Program-made: the position numbers and the translations under genes
Shown: positions 12,359 through 37,320 of the stretch, piece by piece
How positions within the stretch are numbered: position 1 is the stretch's first letter
Layout: the number at the start of each line of letters is the position of its first letter
Notes under the pieces: model-generated
Database searches by the model: none
Told to the model about the DNA's origin: nothing
Seen by the model: the letters and a program-made list of their open reading frames with translations, nothing else
Assembly (NCBI RefSeq): GCF_009914755.1
Contig: NC_060926.1
Length of the DNA: 64,000 nucleotides
From: the human T2T-CHM13v2.0 reference genome, Homo sapiens
Reading direction: 5' to 3' (one strand)

Positions 12359-12827
12359 TTAAGAGTCTAGCTCATTTTCCTTACAGTGAAGAAAAGTAAG
12401 ACCTTGAAATAGGAGTGTAAAAATACTCATAAAACCTGAACTTTAGTTTCACACTAAATAATTTTTTAAAAAATCAAATAAGGCTGAGAAAAATTAATTC
12501 AACTCTACATTTACACTATGTATACTTTTCTGTATATTATACTTCAACAAAAAAACATGAGAAAAACTTGCCTGAATTACTCTCTCCTGTGACAGACACC
12601 TATTTCTCTAGTTAAATACCTGGATATCTAATTAACTGCTCTGCCACCTAACACACTTAGGGTGTTTAATTTTTTGCACATGATAAATAGGATTAAGCCA
12701 ATTCTTGCACCAAAGTTTTAAATATACCAGGCATTAGACTATTCCTTTTGTTCAATAGACAAATTATTGCTTGAACATTCTCAAGCTTTCCTCCTTCCCT
12801 TGAACACTGTTTGTAACAGATGTTTAC

Positions 12828-13016
12828 CTGGAAAAGATGCTAGTTGGGGATGTGCGGCTAAGGCTGTGGGTGTACCAAGTGTCCCCAAACCACCAAATTC
12901 TGAATGCCCTGAGCTGGCTGAATGTAGACCAAAGACTGGGTGGCTGACCATTGGGAAGGCACTCGACACTGTGGACAGGTTAAACGGTTGATCCCCAGCT
13001 GTTCTGAATAAATGTC
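12828..13016 (-). CDS. BAZ2B: BAZ2B coding exon (G)HLFRTAGDQPF...HPQLASFP, 189 nt, phase 1-1
   Basis: Acceptor ttttttccctcccag|GACAT, donor CCAG|gtaaac; lies in ORF 12781..13035. Confidence 0.95.
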
Positions 13017-13521
13017 CTGGGAGGGAAAAAAACACACTTAAAGTTGTACTATAAAAAACAGATGAGACTTATCTGATTTCAGTGTTTATAGTTAAAATTT
13101 ATAATAATTTACCTATTACATTTTTATTTTACCCTTTTCCTGCTGCATTTTCTACTCTTCAAACCCTATAAAATGTTTCTAGAAACATGAAGACATGCTA
13201 AAAATCATTAAAATAAATGGCATAAATTAACTTTTGAATTTGAGATTTGAGAACCAATGTTTTAAGTAGATAATTTTCACTAATTAAAATTGTCTGACCT
13301 GAGGAAGTGAGGCCAATTTTCTGTTAATATATATACATTAATATATTTTCAATATATTTTACTCATAAGAAGGGAAATAAAAAACATCCTATTAATCTAA
13401 GGTTGAAAGCCACTGAAATAAGTCCAGGATCTGTCACCAGGTCAATACTCAAATTATTATACACTCTAAGCAAGGCCATCCCAGTTTCAACATGCCAGAG
13501 TTGAAGCTCTGTTCTCTAACA

Positions 13522-13868
13522 CAGTCATGAGTTGTTTAATGATGGGGATGCATTCTAAGAAATGCATTGTTAGGTGATTCTGTCATCATGCAAACATTGT
13601 ACAGTGTACTTACACAACCTAGGTGGTACAGTCTACCACACACCTAGGCTATAGGATACAGCCTATTGCTACTAGGCTACAAACCTGTTCAGGATGTTAC
13701 TGAACTGAATACTTCAGGCAGTTGTAACACAGTGGTAAATATTTGTATATCTAGACATATCTCAACCTAAGAAAGGTACAGTAAAAATATGGCATTATAA
13801 TCTTAAGGGGCTACTGTCATATATGTGGTCAGGCATTGACCAAAATGTCATTATGCAGTGTATGACTA
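13522..13868 (-). mobile_element. Tigger3a-like DNA transposon (MITE)
   Basis: Inverted ends cagtcatg.../...tatgact; internal cacacctaggctata..gcctattgctactaggctacaaacctg. Confidence 0.85.
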
Positions 13869-15439
13869 TACTTCTTAGGTGAGAAGAGTATCTTGATACC
13901 AAAAAGGGAATATATTCTAGTCTAATAAAACAATGCACAAGACAACATAAGTACTTAATAAACTTACAAAGATATTTCTAAATGTGTTCACAAGTGGTTA
14001 CCAATATAAAAATCATTTTTAGCTTTCTCTGAGTAAGACAATGTTCAATTCAAATGAGTCTGACATTTTAATTCTATTTTTAAAGGTAAGTGTTATAACT
14101 CCAGGTTGGAATGTTATATGATAAAAACATGACTTATTTTTCATACTTTGTAGTAATTTGGCAGAAAACTTTTCTAATACTTGGAAATCTTCCCTTTACT
14201 TCCAGGAAATAATTAAGGTACCCTGTCTTGCTACTGTGAAAAGAGAATACTCTAGGTTATCTTAAGAATTTACTGTGTGAACAGTATTGTGCTCTGTGTT
14301 AATATTAGAATAAAGCTTCCTTATTATCTCTTGTTTATATTATATCAGTCCTGACTGTGCACTGCAATTTAATTAGTTTTAACATAGTATGTTTGAAATT
14401 TACAAATGTAAGTTAAAAATAGTATACTTATTATTATTTAGTTATCAACCAAATCTCTTCTCTTTGCTTTCTTGCTCCCTGAAAACCAAGGGAAAGTCCT
14501 AAAAAACGGTCAGTGTACCCTCTAAAGTCTGATATAAAACCTATATTCTTTATTAAAATAATGCTATATTCTTTACTGAAACAAGAAGATCTGAATGACT
14601 TTTAAAAATAAGATTTAAATAAATTGCATTAAGTATGTTTTGTATCAGGCTATATAAGGAAAAAGTTCTGATTCAGGATAGTGCTCCACTACAACAAAGC
14701 AGTAACTAGATCTCACAGGGAAGATCCTCAAAGTATCTTTACAAGGAAGGCCCACAAGGATACTGTGAGGTAAGAGGACAAGGAAAGGGCATAAACTTGG
14801 GTGTCTCTTCTAAATCAGCTAATCATTGTTTTTGTTGAATTGGTTCTTCTGTTTTATCAGAGTGGACTGCATTAGCACTGAAGATGAGTCAAAATAAAAC
14901 AGAGTATGCTACTGCCAAAAAAGCTACCCAAATGTCATTATCTTTAAGACCAGTGATAGGTTACCAGAAATATTGTGGTTTTTTTTTTTTTTTTTTTTTT
15001 TTGGCAAATTCTCAGAAACCCAGCTAGTTTCTCAAAAAAATGAGCTTGTAACTATAAAAACCAGTTTTTACTTTCATTTGTTATTACATATAAAATCTCT
15101 GGTTCTCACCAGTCAATTCAACTTCCTGACTCAAATGTTGTTAAATGTTTTATTTATAAACATACTATGATCAGTTCTTTTCTTTCTCCATCAATTTGTG
15201 TGGTAAGCAAGTTGAACTGAACATTGCAGTTTTGGAGAATTTGGGGTCATCTGTAATTTATGTTTTACAAATAACAATTCCTAAATTATATCAATTACAT
15301 GTATGTAGTTGTGATTTAATACAAAGAAATTTGAGGGAAGTAACCTCAAAATTACAAAAGCTATATTAAATATTACAAAAATCCAGAATAATTGAAATTA
15401 TCAAGGATTAGAAACTGATAGAAACACTTCTGCAATAAC

Positions 15440-15545
15440 TAACTGTAATTACAATTAGTTGTAATAACTAATTGGTAATAATTGGTAGTAAGTAATAAAT
15501 AATTGGTAGTAATAAATAATAAGTAATACATAATTGGTAGTAAGC
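15440..15545. repeat. Degenerate AT-rich tandem repeat (taattggtagta-like units)
   Basis: aattggtaata/aattggtagta recurs four times. Confidence 0.6.
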
Positions 15546-17156
15546 AGCATTCTTAGATGCATAGTTACAGCATTAATTTCATTATTGGGAAGAAGCAAAC
15601 AAGCTAAACTTTGTAGTCTCACAAGCAGAAAACATAAGCAGTAAATAAATGAAGTTATCACTCTTGTGGCAACAATGAAGAACCAATGATACATACTTTG
15701 ACAACAAAAAGTTCTTTTTTAACTCTAAAAGGAATGACATGTGGAAGCAACTGAGTAGAAAATTTCAGCAAAATGAGCTGTATACATCACAGATTCAAAT
15801 GAAAAAAATATAGATCTGTACACAAGAATGACATCTATGCCTGGCAAGAATGCAGAGATGGGAGTTCAGATCAAGGCTACTTCAACTCTACTTCCTAATT
15901 CTTTCTTCTAAAATTCTTGGTTAAAATAGTTAAAGCATGGAAAGCATCCTTAGTGACGACTGAGTCTTACAGGTCCATTCCTTGCTGGTGAGAAAAAGAT
16001 TCACGTCTATATTTAGTAAAGTATACTAAGATCACTTATCATAATTGTAGTAATACCATGCACTAAAAAAATACCCACGTGAAAGACTTCCTGTTTCATG
16101 CGGGAAAGGTTATACTAGAGAAGGGAAATAATTTAAGAATACATTTCACAATTTTACTATATTTTGCCTTTATAGCAAGAATTTAGAACTCAGTGATATT
16201 TTTAAAAAAGTAATCTTTTTCATTAAAAAGTTCTGTAATGCTATATATATAATTTTAATACTGTTTTTCTTCCATCTTTTACAAAACACAGATAGTAATT
16301 CCATGTAAAAATCTTACAGAATTATTCTGTTATTTAACAGTTTCAGTAATTCAAACATTTCATGAACATACCTATTAAACATCAGGTGCTATGCTTAAGT
16401 AACTGGCCTACAAGGATGAGTAAGACAATCTCTGACCTCAAGGAACTCATGTTTTGAGCATAATTTAAACAGTGCAAGACTATTTTTATACCATAATGTA
16501 TAAAACAAGTTTGTTAATATTTCAGTATTACAAATTGGTACTGTCATATACAGGACTCAGTAATACAACCCAAACACCTAAAACAGTGTCTAGTACATAA
16601 CGGACATAAAATAAATGTTTTTAATGAATTAATTCACTACTCATTTAAAGCAGAAGAGGCCTATCCATGGGACTCATTCCAAAGGCTTTCAATCAGAACA
16701 AAAAGCTGTCTTGAGTCTTTAGGCAAACTTGCAGTTATGGTTCCTAGATTCCTTTGCCTTATTTCCTCAACCCCTGGTCCTAATTTGTTAACATTAACAC
16801 TGGCCCTTTATTCCTCCTTGATTCCATTTAGGTCACATGTTGGATTTGATCACACAGAATCCTACCACCTCCAGGATCTTAAACTCTTAAAGTTTCACCC
16901 TTGAACCACAATTTTCACATTTCCATTCCCTTATTTCTCAGCACCACCTCCAGCCCCTCCCAGGGCCACTCCTTTACCCTGTCTGTCTCTTTCCCTCTCA
17001 ATACATCAATACCTCTCCTGTGTTAACCTTAAAGGAAACGTCCTATACCTGCTATGTCTACTTCCTCCTCACTTCTCAGAATCTTTCAACATTTGTGCCA
17101 AGCCCCAAGCCTCCCTTCCACTTGGTCTGTAAAAGGAAAGTTTTCATAATTCCTAG

Positions 17157-17838
<682 letters not shown>

Positions 17839-20140
17839 TGGTCCTTTCTTTTCAAAACCCATTATCATCCTTAAGATCTAGGTCGTGGAACCCTCTTGAT
17901 CCTCTTCTTAACTATACATCTTTCAATAATACTATCTCCTTTATTGGATTTTCTTTTGCTTTTTTCCCCCTAAATGTAAAAGATTCCTAAAGATTTTGTC
18001 CAGCTATCTCTTTCCTTCTCTTATGCTTTCTCCTTCAGTATTTCACATGCTTATACTGTTTAAACTATCACCTCTATGCAAATGAATTATAAGCCAGGAT
18101 TTTAGATCTTTGAGGCAAAAACTGCATCTTATTTAGCTCAGGATTTCCAATAATCTGAAACACAATAAGAATTTAATAAATTGTTTCTCACTGCTGTATT
18201 TTTGGTCACATTATTTCTTCCACTTGAGAACCTCCAAAGCCTATATAACATGCTCTTTGATTTCTGCCCTTTATAATTATATTCTTTACTAACTATTTCA
18301 AGAACCTATTGCTCAAGAAGTATTCCTGAATCTCCAGACAGTTATATTTGGGGCCTCTTTTCATTGTTCATGATAGATTATTGGCAATTTGTCCTTTATC
18401 AGACCATTACTAGGGTATAAAAGTTATGAAGGAAACAGCCATTTTTACTCTTTACAAAACATTGCACAAAGCAAACTGTTATCAGTTGGCAGAGGCAACA
18501 CTTCATAATACCTGCTATAGGCATCTTCAAAACAGTACTTTTCAATTCTTTGTTTCACTCTTCTTTTAAAAGGCTAGAATAACCGGAAATTATTCTTTAA
18601 ATGATTAAAATATAACATGTCACTTTGCTCCAATTGCAAAAGTCACTCACAAGGTTAGTAAAAGCTCACTAGGTATTTAGAATGATGTCACTTTGTGGCT
18701 TTAATCTTTTTATACAGCAGGGATTGCTGTTTTGTTTACACCCTTGGCTCCATTGCCAGGACAATGCCTTTAGTCTTCAACTATCTTAACATTTCAAACT
18801 ACTGTTCACTAGGAAAATTTTGATCATAGACTGATGATGGCTCAGTCAATCCTATAATTACATTTAAAACAAAGCATATTCAGTATTAATAAAAAAGCAG
18901 AAAGATACTTTCACAAAATGAAATACAGCTCAAGTCAAATAGGCTCTATTAACCTTATAAGTACAAAACAAAATTACCTGGATAGTAGAATGTTTCACTT
19001 TTAGAAAAGAAAATGTTTCTTACATTAATATACTTAATATCAACAGATGTATTGCTCACAAAACCTGTCTTGATGAAAACTTTTGAGTTCTGCTCAGAGA
19101 AAACATTTGCAAGCTGATGAATTATACCATAAAATAATATTTTTAGAAGACCACAATTTTTTGCAGATATTAACATTCAAACATAGTTTCAATATTATTA
19201 ATGTAAATATTATTTTAGTTTCTATTTTAAGATAGGTAACTGTATACATTTTACATAATAAAAATTAATACACATCTGCAATGCCTATGTTCTCAAATTA
19301 CAATGAGCTGAATATTTTTCAGCAAAGCTTTTCAAATTCTACTAGCCAAATCAAATCACTACATATAAAAGTGATTAAAATCAGTACACAAATGCTGGTG
19401 TGTGTCAGTAACAAGGCATGGTAACTACAAATGCCTTTATTAATATTAAAGAATAATTCAACAAGGTTTTCCCCCTATCAGAATGAAATTGTACTGAACT
19501 AATGCCTTGACTCTAAACTACCAGTGAACAAAATCTCCCATCACTAAGGAAAAGTCCAGAAAGCAAATAAAACAAAATAATTGTAAGAACTAAGTATGTT
19601 AAAGCACTCAATCTTTTTAAAAGTCAAGAAAATTGCTTACCATGACATAACTTCACGTTTTTCTGTGTGCTAAAAGTGTCTTTTAATCTTTCAATGCTAC
19701 ACAAAATTGTTATATCATGTCTTCAAATTTTGTCTCCAGTTGTTCAAAATGGTAAGCATAAATTTGCAACATTAAAAATCAGGATCTAATGCACATCTTG
19801 CAAAGTATGGCTATTCATTAAAAATGGTGGTATATTCAAATAAAGTTGTTATGAGGACTTTAATTAATATCAGTAATAACTTAGTGTAATAGCAAAAAGA
19901 ACATCATCAAAATTACTGTAAATCAAAGCAATATTCAAATTACTGGCTCACATATTAAAATTCTTAAGTATATTAATGTTTAAATATTTCTGAACTCAAA
20001 ATGTCCAAATTCTGTAAACTTGAACTTTGATTAAGAACAGAAAGAAGTCTACAGTTACTGGTGACAAAACATTTCTCTCCAAGTAATTCTCATTTCACTC
20101 TTGCATTCTAAAAATGCTTTGAGCCAGTTAACCTTTATAT

Positions 20141-22484
<2,344 letters not shown>

Positions 22485-22524
22485 AACATTTATATTTTGA
22501 CACTTAAAAAAGACGATTCCTTAA

Positions 22525-23217
<693 letters not shown>

Positions 23218-23219
23218 TA

Positions 23220-23790
23220 TTTTTATTTTTAAGTAGTTATTTTGAGATTATTTTGACTCACAAGAGTTGCAAAAATAGTACACAGAGTTCCTATATACTG
23301 TCTACCCAACCTTACTTCTCCTTATGTTATCATCTTACATGACTAAAGAACAACTTTCCAAACTAAGAAATTAACCTTGATTAACTAATTAAAATAAAGA
23401 ATTTATTCAGATTTAATTAGTTTTCCCACCAATGTCACTTCTCTGTCCCAAGATCCAATCCAGGATCTCATATTACATTTAGGTGTTGTGTCTCCCTAGT
23501 TTTGTACAGTCGTGTTATTTCCTCAGTCTTGTTTGTTATGACTTTAATACACTGAAGTGTACTGGTCAGAGGTATTCTGTAAAATGTCCCTCTGGTTGAG
23601 TTTGTCTGATGTGTTCTCATGATTAGAAGAGGTGATGCATTATTAGAAAAGATGGTCAATGTGCCCTTCTCAGAGCAATTTATCTAGGGCCCATAATGTT
23701 GCTATGTAGTTCTGGTGACATTAACTTCGATCACTTGGTTAAGCTGGTATCTGCCAGGACTCGCCACTGTAAAACTACCATTTTCTCTTC
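23220..23790 (-). mobile_element. L1MC/MD 3' end
   Basis: gactcacaagagttgcaaaaatagtacacagagttcc..ggtgacattaacttcgatcacttggttaag. Confidence 0.75.
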
Positions 23791-24227
23791 AAAAGGCATT
23801 TTTATTAGAAAACAAGTCACTGGGAGCCGCGGTAGCTTTGGGAAGAAAAGCTGCCATTTAATAACATCAAACATGCCGAATAAGCTTTGTTCAAGAAATG
23901 ATGCACCAATACTCAGGCAAATGACTATTCTTAAAAGATAAGGACAGTTCCTCTTCTGTGATAATTTTTGTTGGATCTAATGAAAATAATTAGAGTTCAT
24001 AGATTAAAATGCTAAAAATACGGAATATTTTATATACATTTCTATATTCAAATATAGCTGTACTTCTAGTAAGGAAACAGAAAAAACTAAAAGTAATATA
24101 ATTCTTGTTTTACTTTACTTACCTTAACCTAAATCTTGTTCTACTTATGTTTCAATACATAAGAAAGTCTTAGTTTTCCCATAATGAACATAAATTATTA
24201 CAATCAGCTTTGAAAGTATAGACTGGG

Positions 24228-24650
24228 TGTATTAGTTTGCTAGAGCTGCCATAACAAAGTACCACAACTGTGTGACTTAGAACAACAGAAATTTATTGTC
24301 TCATAGTTCTGGAGGTTAGAAGTCTGAAATCAAGGTGTCAACAAGGCCATGTTCCTTCTGAAGGCACTAGGAAACATGAGTTCCATGCTTGTCTCCTAGT
24401 TTCTTATAACCTTGGGTATGCTTCCTGTGTCTTCACATGTGCTTCCTGCTGTGCATGTCTCTGTGTCTACATTTCTCCTTTGATAAAAATGCTGGATATG
24501 TATTGGATTAAGGCCCAACCTAATGATCTCATTTTAATTTGACTAGCTCTGTAAGGTATCTATATCTAAGTAAGGTCACATTCTGAAGTATTAAGGGGTT
24601 AGGATTTTAACCTATGTCTTTTGAGGGGGAGGATACAATTTAACCTATAG
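24228..24650 (-). mobile_element. MaLR LTR (MLT1A-C-like)
   Basis: tgtattagtttgctagagctgccataacaaagtaccac..ttctggaggttagaagtctgaaatcaaggtgtc..aaggtcacattctga. Confidence 0.85.
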
Positions 24651-24857
24651 TATTTGCTTTATTTTTAAGAGAACTTAATTGACTTGAACATATTAACTTT
24701 CTCAAGTAACCTACTACTAAAATCCCAAATTAAAACTACAAAGTTCTACTAAAAAGTGAAGTAAAATAATATTCTGAAAATACTTGTGATCAAACCTTTC
24801 ATTAAATAAACCCCACTGCAAAAAAGGCTAGACAGTTGAAAATTCAACAGCCTGAAC

Positions 24858-25156
<299 letters not shown>

Positions 25157-25812
25157 TTAGGATGTATAGATGCCTACAACATTAACACATCAACTAAAAG
25201 AGAAAATCATGCTGTAATAGTTCAGAGTATAACATAAATACTCAAAGAAACTTTGGCTTTATCCACAAACCATCAAGAGCAGGCCTATCTCATTCCCTGA
25301 TGATTCTCTACTAAGTATAAACTTAAGTCTTGGCTGTCTCTTAAGTTCTAGTTAAACCATAATTTTGACTTTCAGGTTTGTTTTTCATACATTGCCTCTT
25401 CAGTAATCTCAACTGATCTTTTAAATTCCTTATCCTGTAGCTTATGATGCCCATCCCCAACTAAAATCTGCATAGTCACTTGATTATTACCAGAGCAATG
25501 CACAGCACAGCTCAGAAAACTTATTAATCAGAGTTAATTATCATTTAAGTTTTAAGTCTTAGTCCTGTAAATTCATCTCTCCTTCCCTTCCTTTCTTCAA
25601 TAATTGTTTCTTATTATTATATATTTTGTGTCAGGCACTGACTGGATACATATTGGTAAAACAGATAAAGTCCTTGCCCTTTAAATGCAGAAGAATTGAC
25701 AAATAAGTAAAACAACACCAAATGTCCAATTCTAAATTGTGAATAGTGCTATGGAGGAAATTATAGCTGCAGCAATTACCTAGAGACTATAATTAGAGGT
25801 CTAATTAAGGTC

Positions 25813-26215
25813 TGTATTAGTCAAGATTCTTCACAAAACAGAACCAACAGGATACACTAATTTATTATATATGATTTATTATAAGGAATCGAGATTATGG
25901 AGGCTGACCCAGGAAAGCTGGTGGTATAATTCTGAGAACCGAAGGGCTGATGGTGTTAAGTCCCAGCCACGGAAGAAGACTGATGTCCTAGATCAATCAG
26001 TCAGGCAAAGAGAACTACTCCCCTCTTCCTCCATTTTTTTTCTTCTCTGCAGGTCCTCAATGGATTAGATGATGCCCACCTACACTGGGGAGGACAATGT
26101 GCTCTACTCACTCCACTGATTCAATTGCTAAACACCCTTACAGACACACCCAGAAATAATGTTTTACCTGAGTACCCACGAGCCAGTCAAGGGGACACAT
26201 CAAATTAATTATTAT
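25813..26215 (-). mobile_element. MLT2 (ERVL) LTR, within L2 remnants
   Basis: tgtattagtcaagattct..cagaaccaacagga..ggattagatgatgcccacc..cagacacacccagaaataatgttt..acacatcaaattaa. Confidence 0.8.
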
Positions 26216-27980
26216 AATATCTCAGGATATCTAACCTGAGACAAAGCATGAGGAAGAATCAGCTTTATGAAGATTTTCCAGACAGAGGGACAGCGTATTT
26301 GAAATTCTGAGTTGGGAAAGGATGTTTTGTATCTAAGAAGTAAAAGGTCAGGGAGGCTGAAAGATAAGGGGTCAGAATGAGAACAGTGCCAGACAAATTT
26401 GAGAAGGCAGGCAGGATTAGGTCATGGAGGATGTGCAGCCTTATGTAAAAATTAAGTTGAAAGTACAAAATATCCAGCTCGATATGGCTAGGTGAAAAAG
26501 TTAATCTAATGACTCACAAAACTCAAAAGCTTTTGGAAAAGGCTCATTGTAGAGATGAAGAAGCTAGACTGAAGGTTTACCAAGACCTAATTTATCTCTC
26601 CTCTTCTGGTTCTGCCTCCCTCAGACGGGCCTTTCCCCCGCAGGTTTCTGGAGCAGGAAGCTGCGGGGGCCAGTGCAAGGGGAGGTATTTTTCCTCCCCC
26701 AGCACCAATAAAAATCCCAGAATGGAATCTCTTTGCTTTGATTAATTGACTTATGTTGTGTCCATTCCTTAACCAATCATTCTTGTCTAGGAAAGATGAT
26801 ATTTGGATTGGCTAGGCTGGGTCACATGCCACACATCTGTAGTGTCTTAGGAAAAAATTTTTTTAAATTAAGTGATTTATTTTGGGGTCAAAGACAACTG
26901 CTGGTAATGGTGGAGGAGTGAGGTGGTCGTATAAATCCTCCACAGAGAATAATTACTAAAATTGGGCTTTAAAAAGCCCCCTGAAGATACTGGAAAGCAT
27001 CCAAAAGCAGAAGAATGGCAGAGGAGAGTTTAGTCTGGACCAATGGTTAACAAGAAGTAAAAAGTATGACTTTGTAGCTTTCTGGTCTGCTGCCTAAATC
27101 ACATAGTTATAACTACAGATGATGGTCAAATAAAAAACAGCAGGCTTATCAACTAAAGGTGCACGAGGTCAGAATTCAGAGCTAAGGCAGCATCTCAAAA
27201 TGTAAAGGGGAAATCTTGGTAGTGAGCAAACCACAGAAAGTATGAGACCCAAATTCAATTTAAACTATCCAAACGCCTAGCTGCAAGTATACTGTGCATG
27301 AATGAAAAAGGACTCCAGGGTCAGCACAAACTAGCTGGCAGAGAATGAAGATAAATCTACTCTTGAAAAGCAGAGCTGTATATAGCAGATCTGCTGGGTT
27401 TGATGTATTTATTTACTAAGTGCACTCCCTCATCATGATTATCTCAGGCGGCAGGAAGTACGAAGTGTCACAGCACTGAGCCCAAAGCAGGCAGAGCAAC
27501 TGAAAATTAGGGGGTAATCTTAGAAGAAAAACAACAACAACAACAACAACAAAAACAAAACCCAAAAAAGAAACAGAGGAAAGGAGACCCATCTCTGCCT
27601 AAATACTTTGCCAATCAAGAATTTTCACAGGTACAGAGGAGACCCAGAGGAGTCTAGCATGAAAAAGCAGAAGTGGGAAGCCAAAAGAATCATAGCACAA
27701 ATATTATCAGTACATTTTCTAACCACAGTAAAACTAAAATGGATATCGATTTTAAAAACTAAATGTTAATGACTTCCAAACTACCCATCAGCCAAAGAAG
27801 AATTAACAAAGGAAAATAGAAAATGTTTTTACTGGAATGGTAAGAAAATGACACATAAAACTTATGTGCCGCAGCTACAGCAGTAATTACAAGGGAAATT
27901 CATAGCATTAAATACATATATAAGAAAAGGACAAAGGTGCTAGATAAACGATCTAAGCTTCCCTCTAGAAAGTAGGAAAA

Positions 27981-28285
<305 letters not shown>

Positions 28286-28446
28286 GTAGGGAAAAAGAGA
28301 AAATCATACCCATAGAAAAACAGAAGGAAATAATTAATGAGAGAAAAAAAACAGAAAATTGAGAAAACTCAATGAAACCAAAAGCTTGTTCTTAAAAAAA
28401 TCTGTAAAGTTGAAAAACCTCTAGTCACTAAAAAGAAAAGACATAA

Positions 28447-28971
<525 letters not shown>

Positions 28972-29749
28972 TAAAAGGTGAATTCATGATTTAGTATCTT
29001 ACAACAACAACAACAACTTAAACAAACAAACAACCAAAACTCTCCAGGCCCAGATGTTTCACCAGTGAATTCTACCAAACATTTAGAGAAAAAATAATAT
29101 CATTATATATTCTTTGAAAAACACAAGAGAGGCAGGAATCTTACCCACTCATTTCCAACAAATCAACTGCAAGAAAACTATAGACCAATAACCCTCATGA
29201 ATACAGGTGCAAAATTCCTTAAGAAAATTTTAGCAAATCAAATTCAACAGTGCTTTATTTCTATACTTGCTTTCTGCATGACCAACACTATTCTGAAAGG
29301 ATAACCCATCATAACCAAGTGGGATTAATCCTTGAAATGCAAGATTGGCTTAACTATAAAAAAATTAATCAATGTAATTTGCCAAAATAGCAAGTTAAAA
29401 GGAAAAAGCCATATAATCATTTCAAAAAGTGCAGAAAATGCATGTGACAATATTTAATACCAATTCATAATAAAAAACTCTCAGCAAAGAACGAATAGAA
29501 GGGAACTGTCTCAGTAATTGCCAGGGCAGGGATGGAGGGAGGAATTTAACTTCAAAAAGATACAAGGCAACTTCCTGGAGTAATAAAATTGTCCTACAGC
29601 CTGGAGGTTACATGAATATATACATTTGTCAAAATTCATTAAAGTATACATTTAAAATGGTGAATTATATTGTACATAAATCACACCAAAATAAAGAAAC
29701 TAAAAGTAGGAGGGTTTGCATGTGCAGCTTCACTCTGTTCTGAGAGGAA

Positions 29750-30950
<1,201 letters not shown>

Positions 30951-31303
30951 AAAAGTCCTTTATAATCTTTAATAAAAAACCAATAGATATTTGCTATTGT
31001 CTGTGAAAGTTAAGAGCCATATCACTTTGAGTTGAGCATTTATTCTATTTGGCTTAATTTATATTCTTACATAGAACAGGATTTCAAAGGAGATTTGTAA
31101 TAAATATACATAAGCTACTAGATGCACTACTGAAATAGATTTTAAAGAAATGGGCTGTTGAAATGGGAATAAAGTTCATACACATGTATCAGAAAAGTTT
31201 ATTACAATACAGAGCTGGGGAGATATGGCAGAGGAGCTATAATCAGATGAGTTCAAATGGGTAGATAATTGGTTCATTCAAGATTTGTTTCAACTTCTTT
31301 TTA

Positions 31304-35433
<4,130 letters not shown>

Positions 35434-36241
35434 TAAAAGGCTTTATTTTAAACATGGACTACAACACTGTGAAAGTTAAAAAAAAATTATTTTACCTACA
35501 AAATGAAAAAAACTCATGTTTTAGGTACTAAAAATATGTGTTAATAAATGACACATTTCTGGATAAATGGAATTATACTTTCATTCAATGTAAGCATCTC
35601 AATATAAATACTCTATACTCTTTTTTACTAGTAGCAAATAATGATTAAAAAAACGCATCCCTTTCTAGACAAGGTTTCTAATGTTATTCAGCAACTCGGC
35701 ATACTCCATCCCTTCTGCAGCTTCCAACCATCCACTAACAAACAAAAAATAGTGCCCAACATATGACTCATGAGAACTGCAAGCAAATTCCAATGTCACT
35801 AATTCAGAAAACCAAGTGAGAAAAAAGTGTTCAGAAAACTCAGAATCTGTACTCAAGGATGCTATTGAAGCCTTCAAATAAGAAAATACATTTCTTTAGG
35901 AATACTATGTATGTTAAAGACTAATTCAGAAATAAATAAGACAGCAGATTAGAATACACTGAAAGCTCACAACAAGGGTAAGAGAAAGAAGAATTACAAA
36001 AACAGGAAAATATAACTACACAAGTACAATTGTGTGCAATCATTTACACAAATTTATCTAAGGTAAAAAGTCAATCATAGCATCGCTATTTTTGAGCACA
36101 GTATATCATCAGAGGCTTGGACACTTACAGTCCAGCCATCATTTTGCGTATAAGGGAAATGTGAACAAACTTGTTAATTACTTGATGAAGACTGTACACA
36201 AGGTGGAGAAGTTATATTGATTTTTAAAAAATATATAGTGC

Positions 36242-36600
36242 GGCTGGGCGCGGTGGCTCACGCCTGTAATCCCAGCACTTTAGGAGGCCGAGGAGGGCGG
36301 ATCATGAGGTCAGGACATCAAGACCATCCTGGCTAACACGGTGAAACCCCGTCTCTACTAAAAATACAAAAAATTGGCTAGGTGTGGTGGTGGGCACCTG
36401 CGGTCCCAGCTACTCGGGAGGCTGAGGCACAAGAATGGCGTGAACCCAGGTGGTGGAGCTTGCAGTGAGCCAAGATTGTGCCACTGCACTCCTGACTGGG
36501 TGACAGTGCAAGACTCTGTCTCAAAAAAATAAAAAAATTAAAAAATATATATATATGTGTATATATACATACATATATACACACATACACACACATATAG
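36242..36600 (+). mobile_element. AluY/Sc with (TA)n(CA)n microsatellite in the tail
   Basis: accatcctggctaacacgg and ggagcttgcagtgag; atatagtgc on both flanks. Confidence 0.92.
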
Positions 36601-37017
36601 TGCTATTTTAGTTATTTTGTAATCCCTAAGAATATATTAGAAAATGGTTTGATCATAATATAATGACAGAATGACATCCTTTTTGTCATTCCATTGATTG
36701 GAAAAACAAAAATAAATGAAAACATTTATTTGACAATTTGCTAAGGTATTTTGTAAGCAAATATTATATATTTATGCATCACATTTATGCAAAAGTTTCC
36801 ATTTTAATTCTGAATAAGAAAAATATCATTTAGTTTACTGCTTATAAACATGAAATAATGTATAAGATAAGAAATAGTTAAAATTAAAATGTTTCCTACC
36901 GATAAATAAATGAGTTAATTAACTTTAGGTATTTAATAAAAGGAATGTATTCTACCACACCTTTGTAAAAGAACCAAGAGTGATTTTGGGAGGTGCTTAA
37001 AGATATCTTCTACCTAA

Positions 37018-37320
<303 letters not shown>

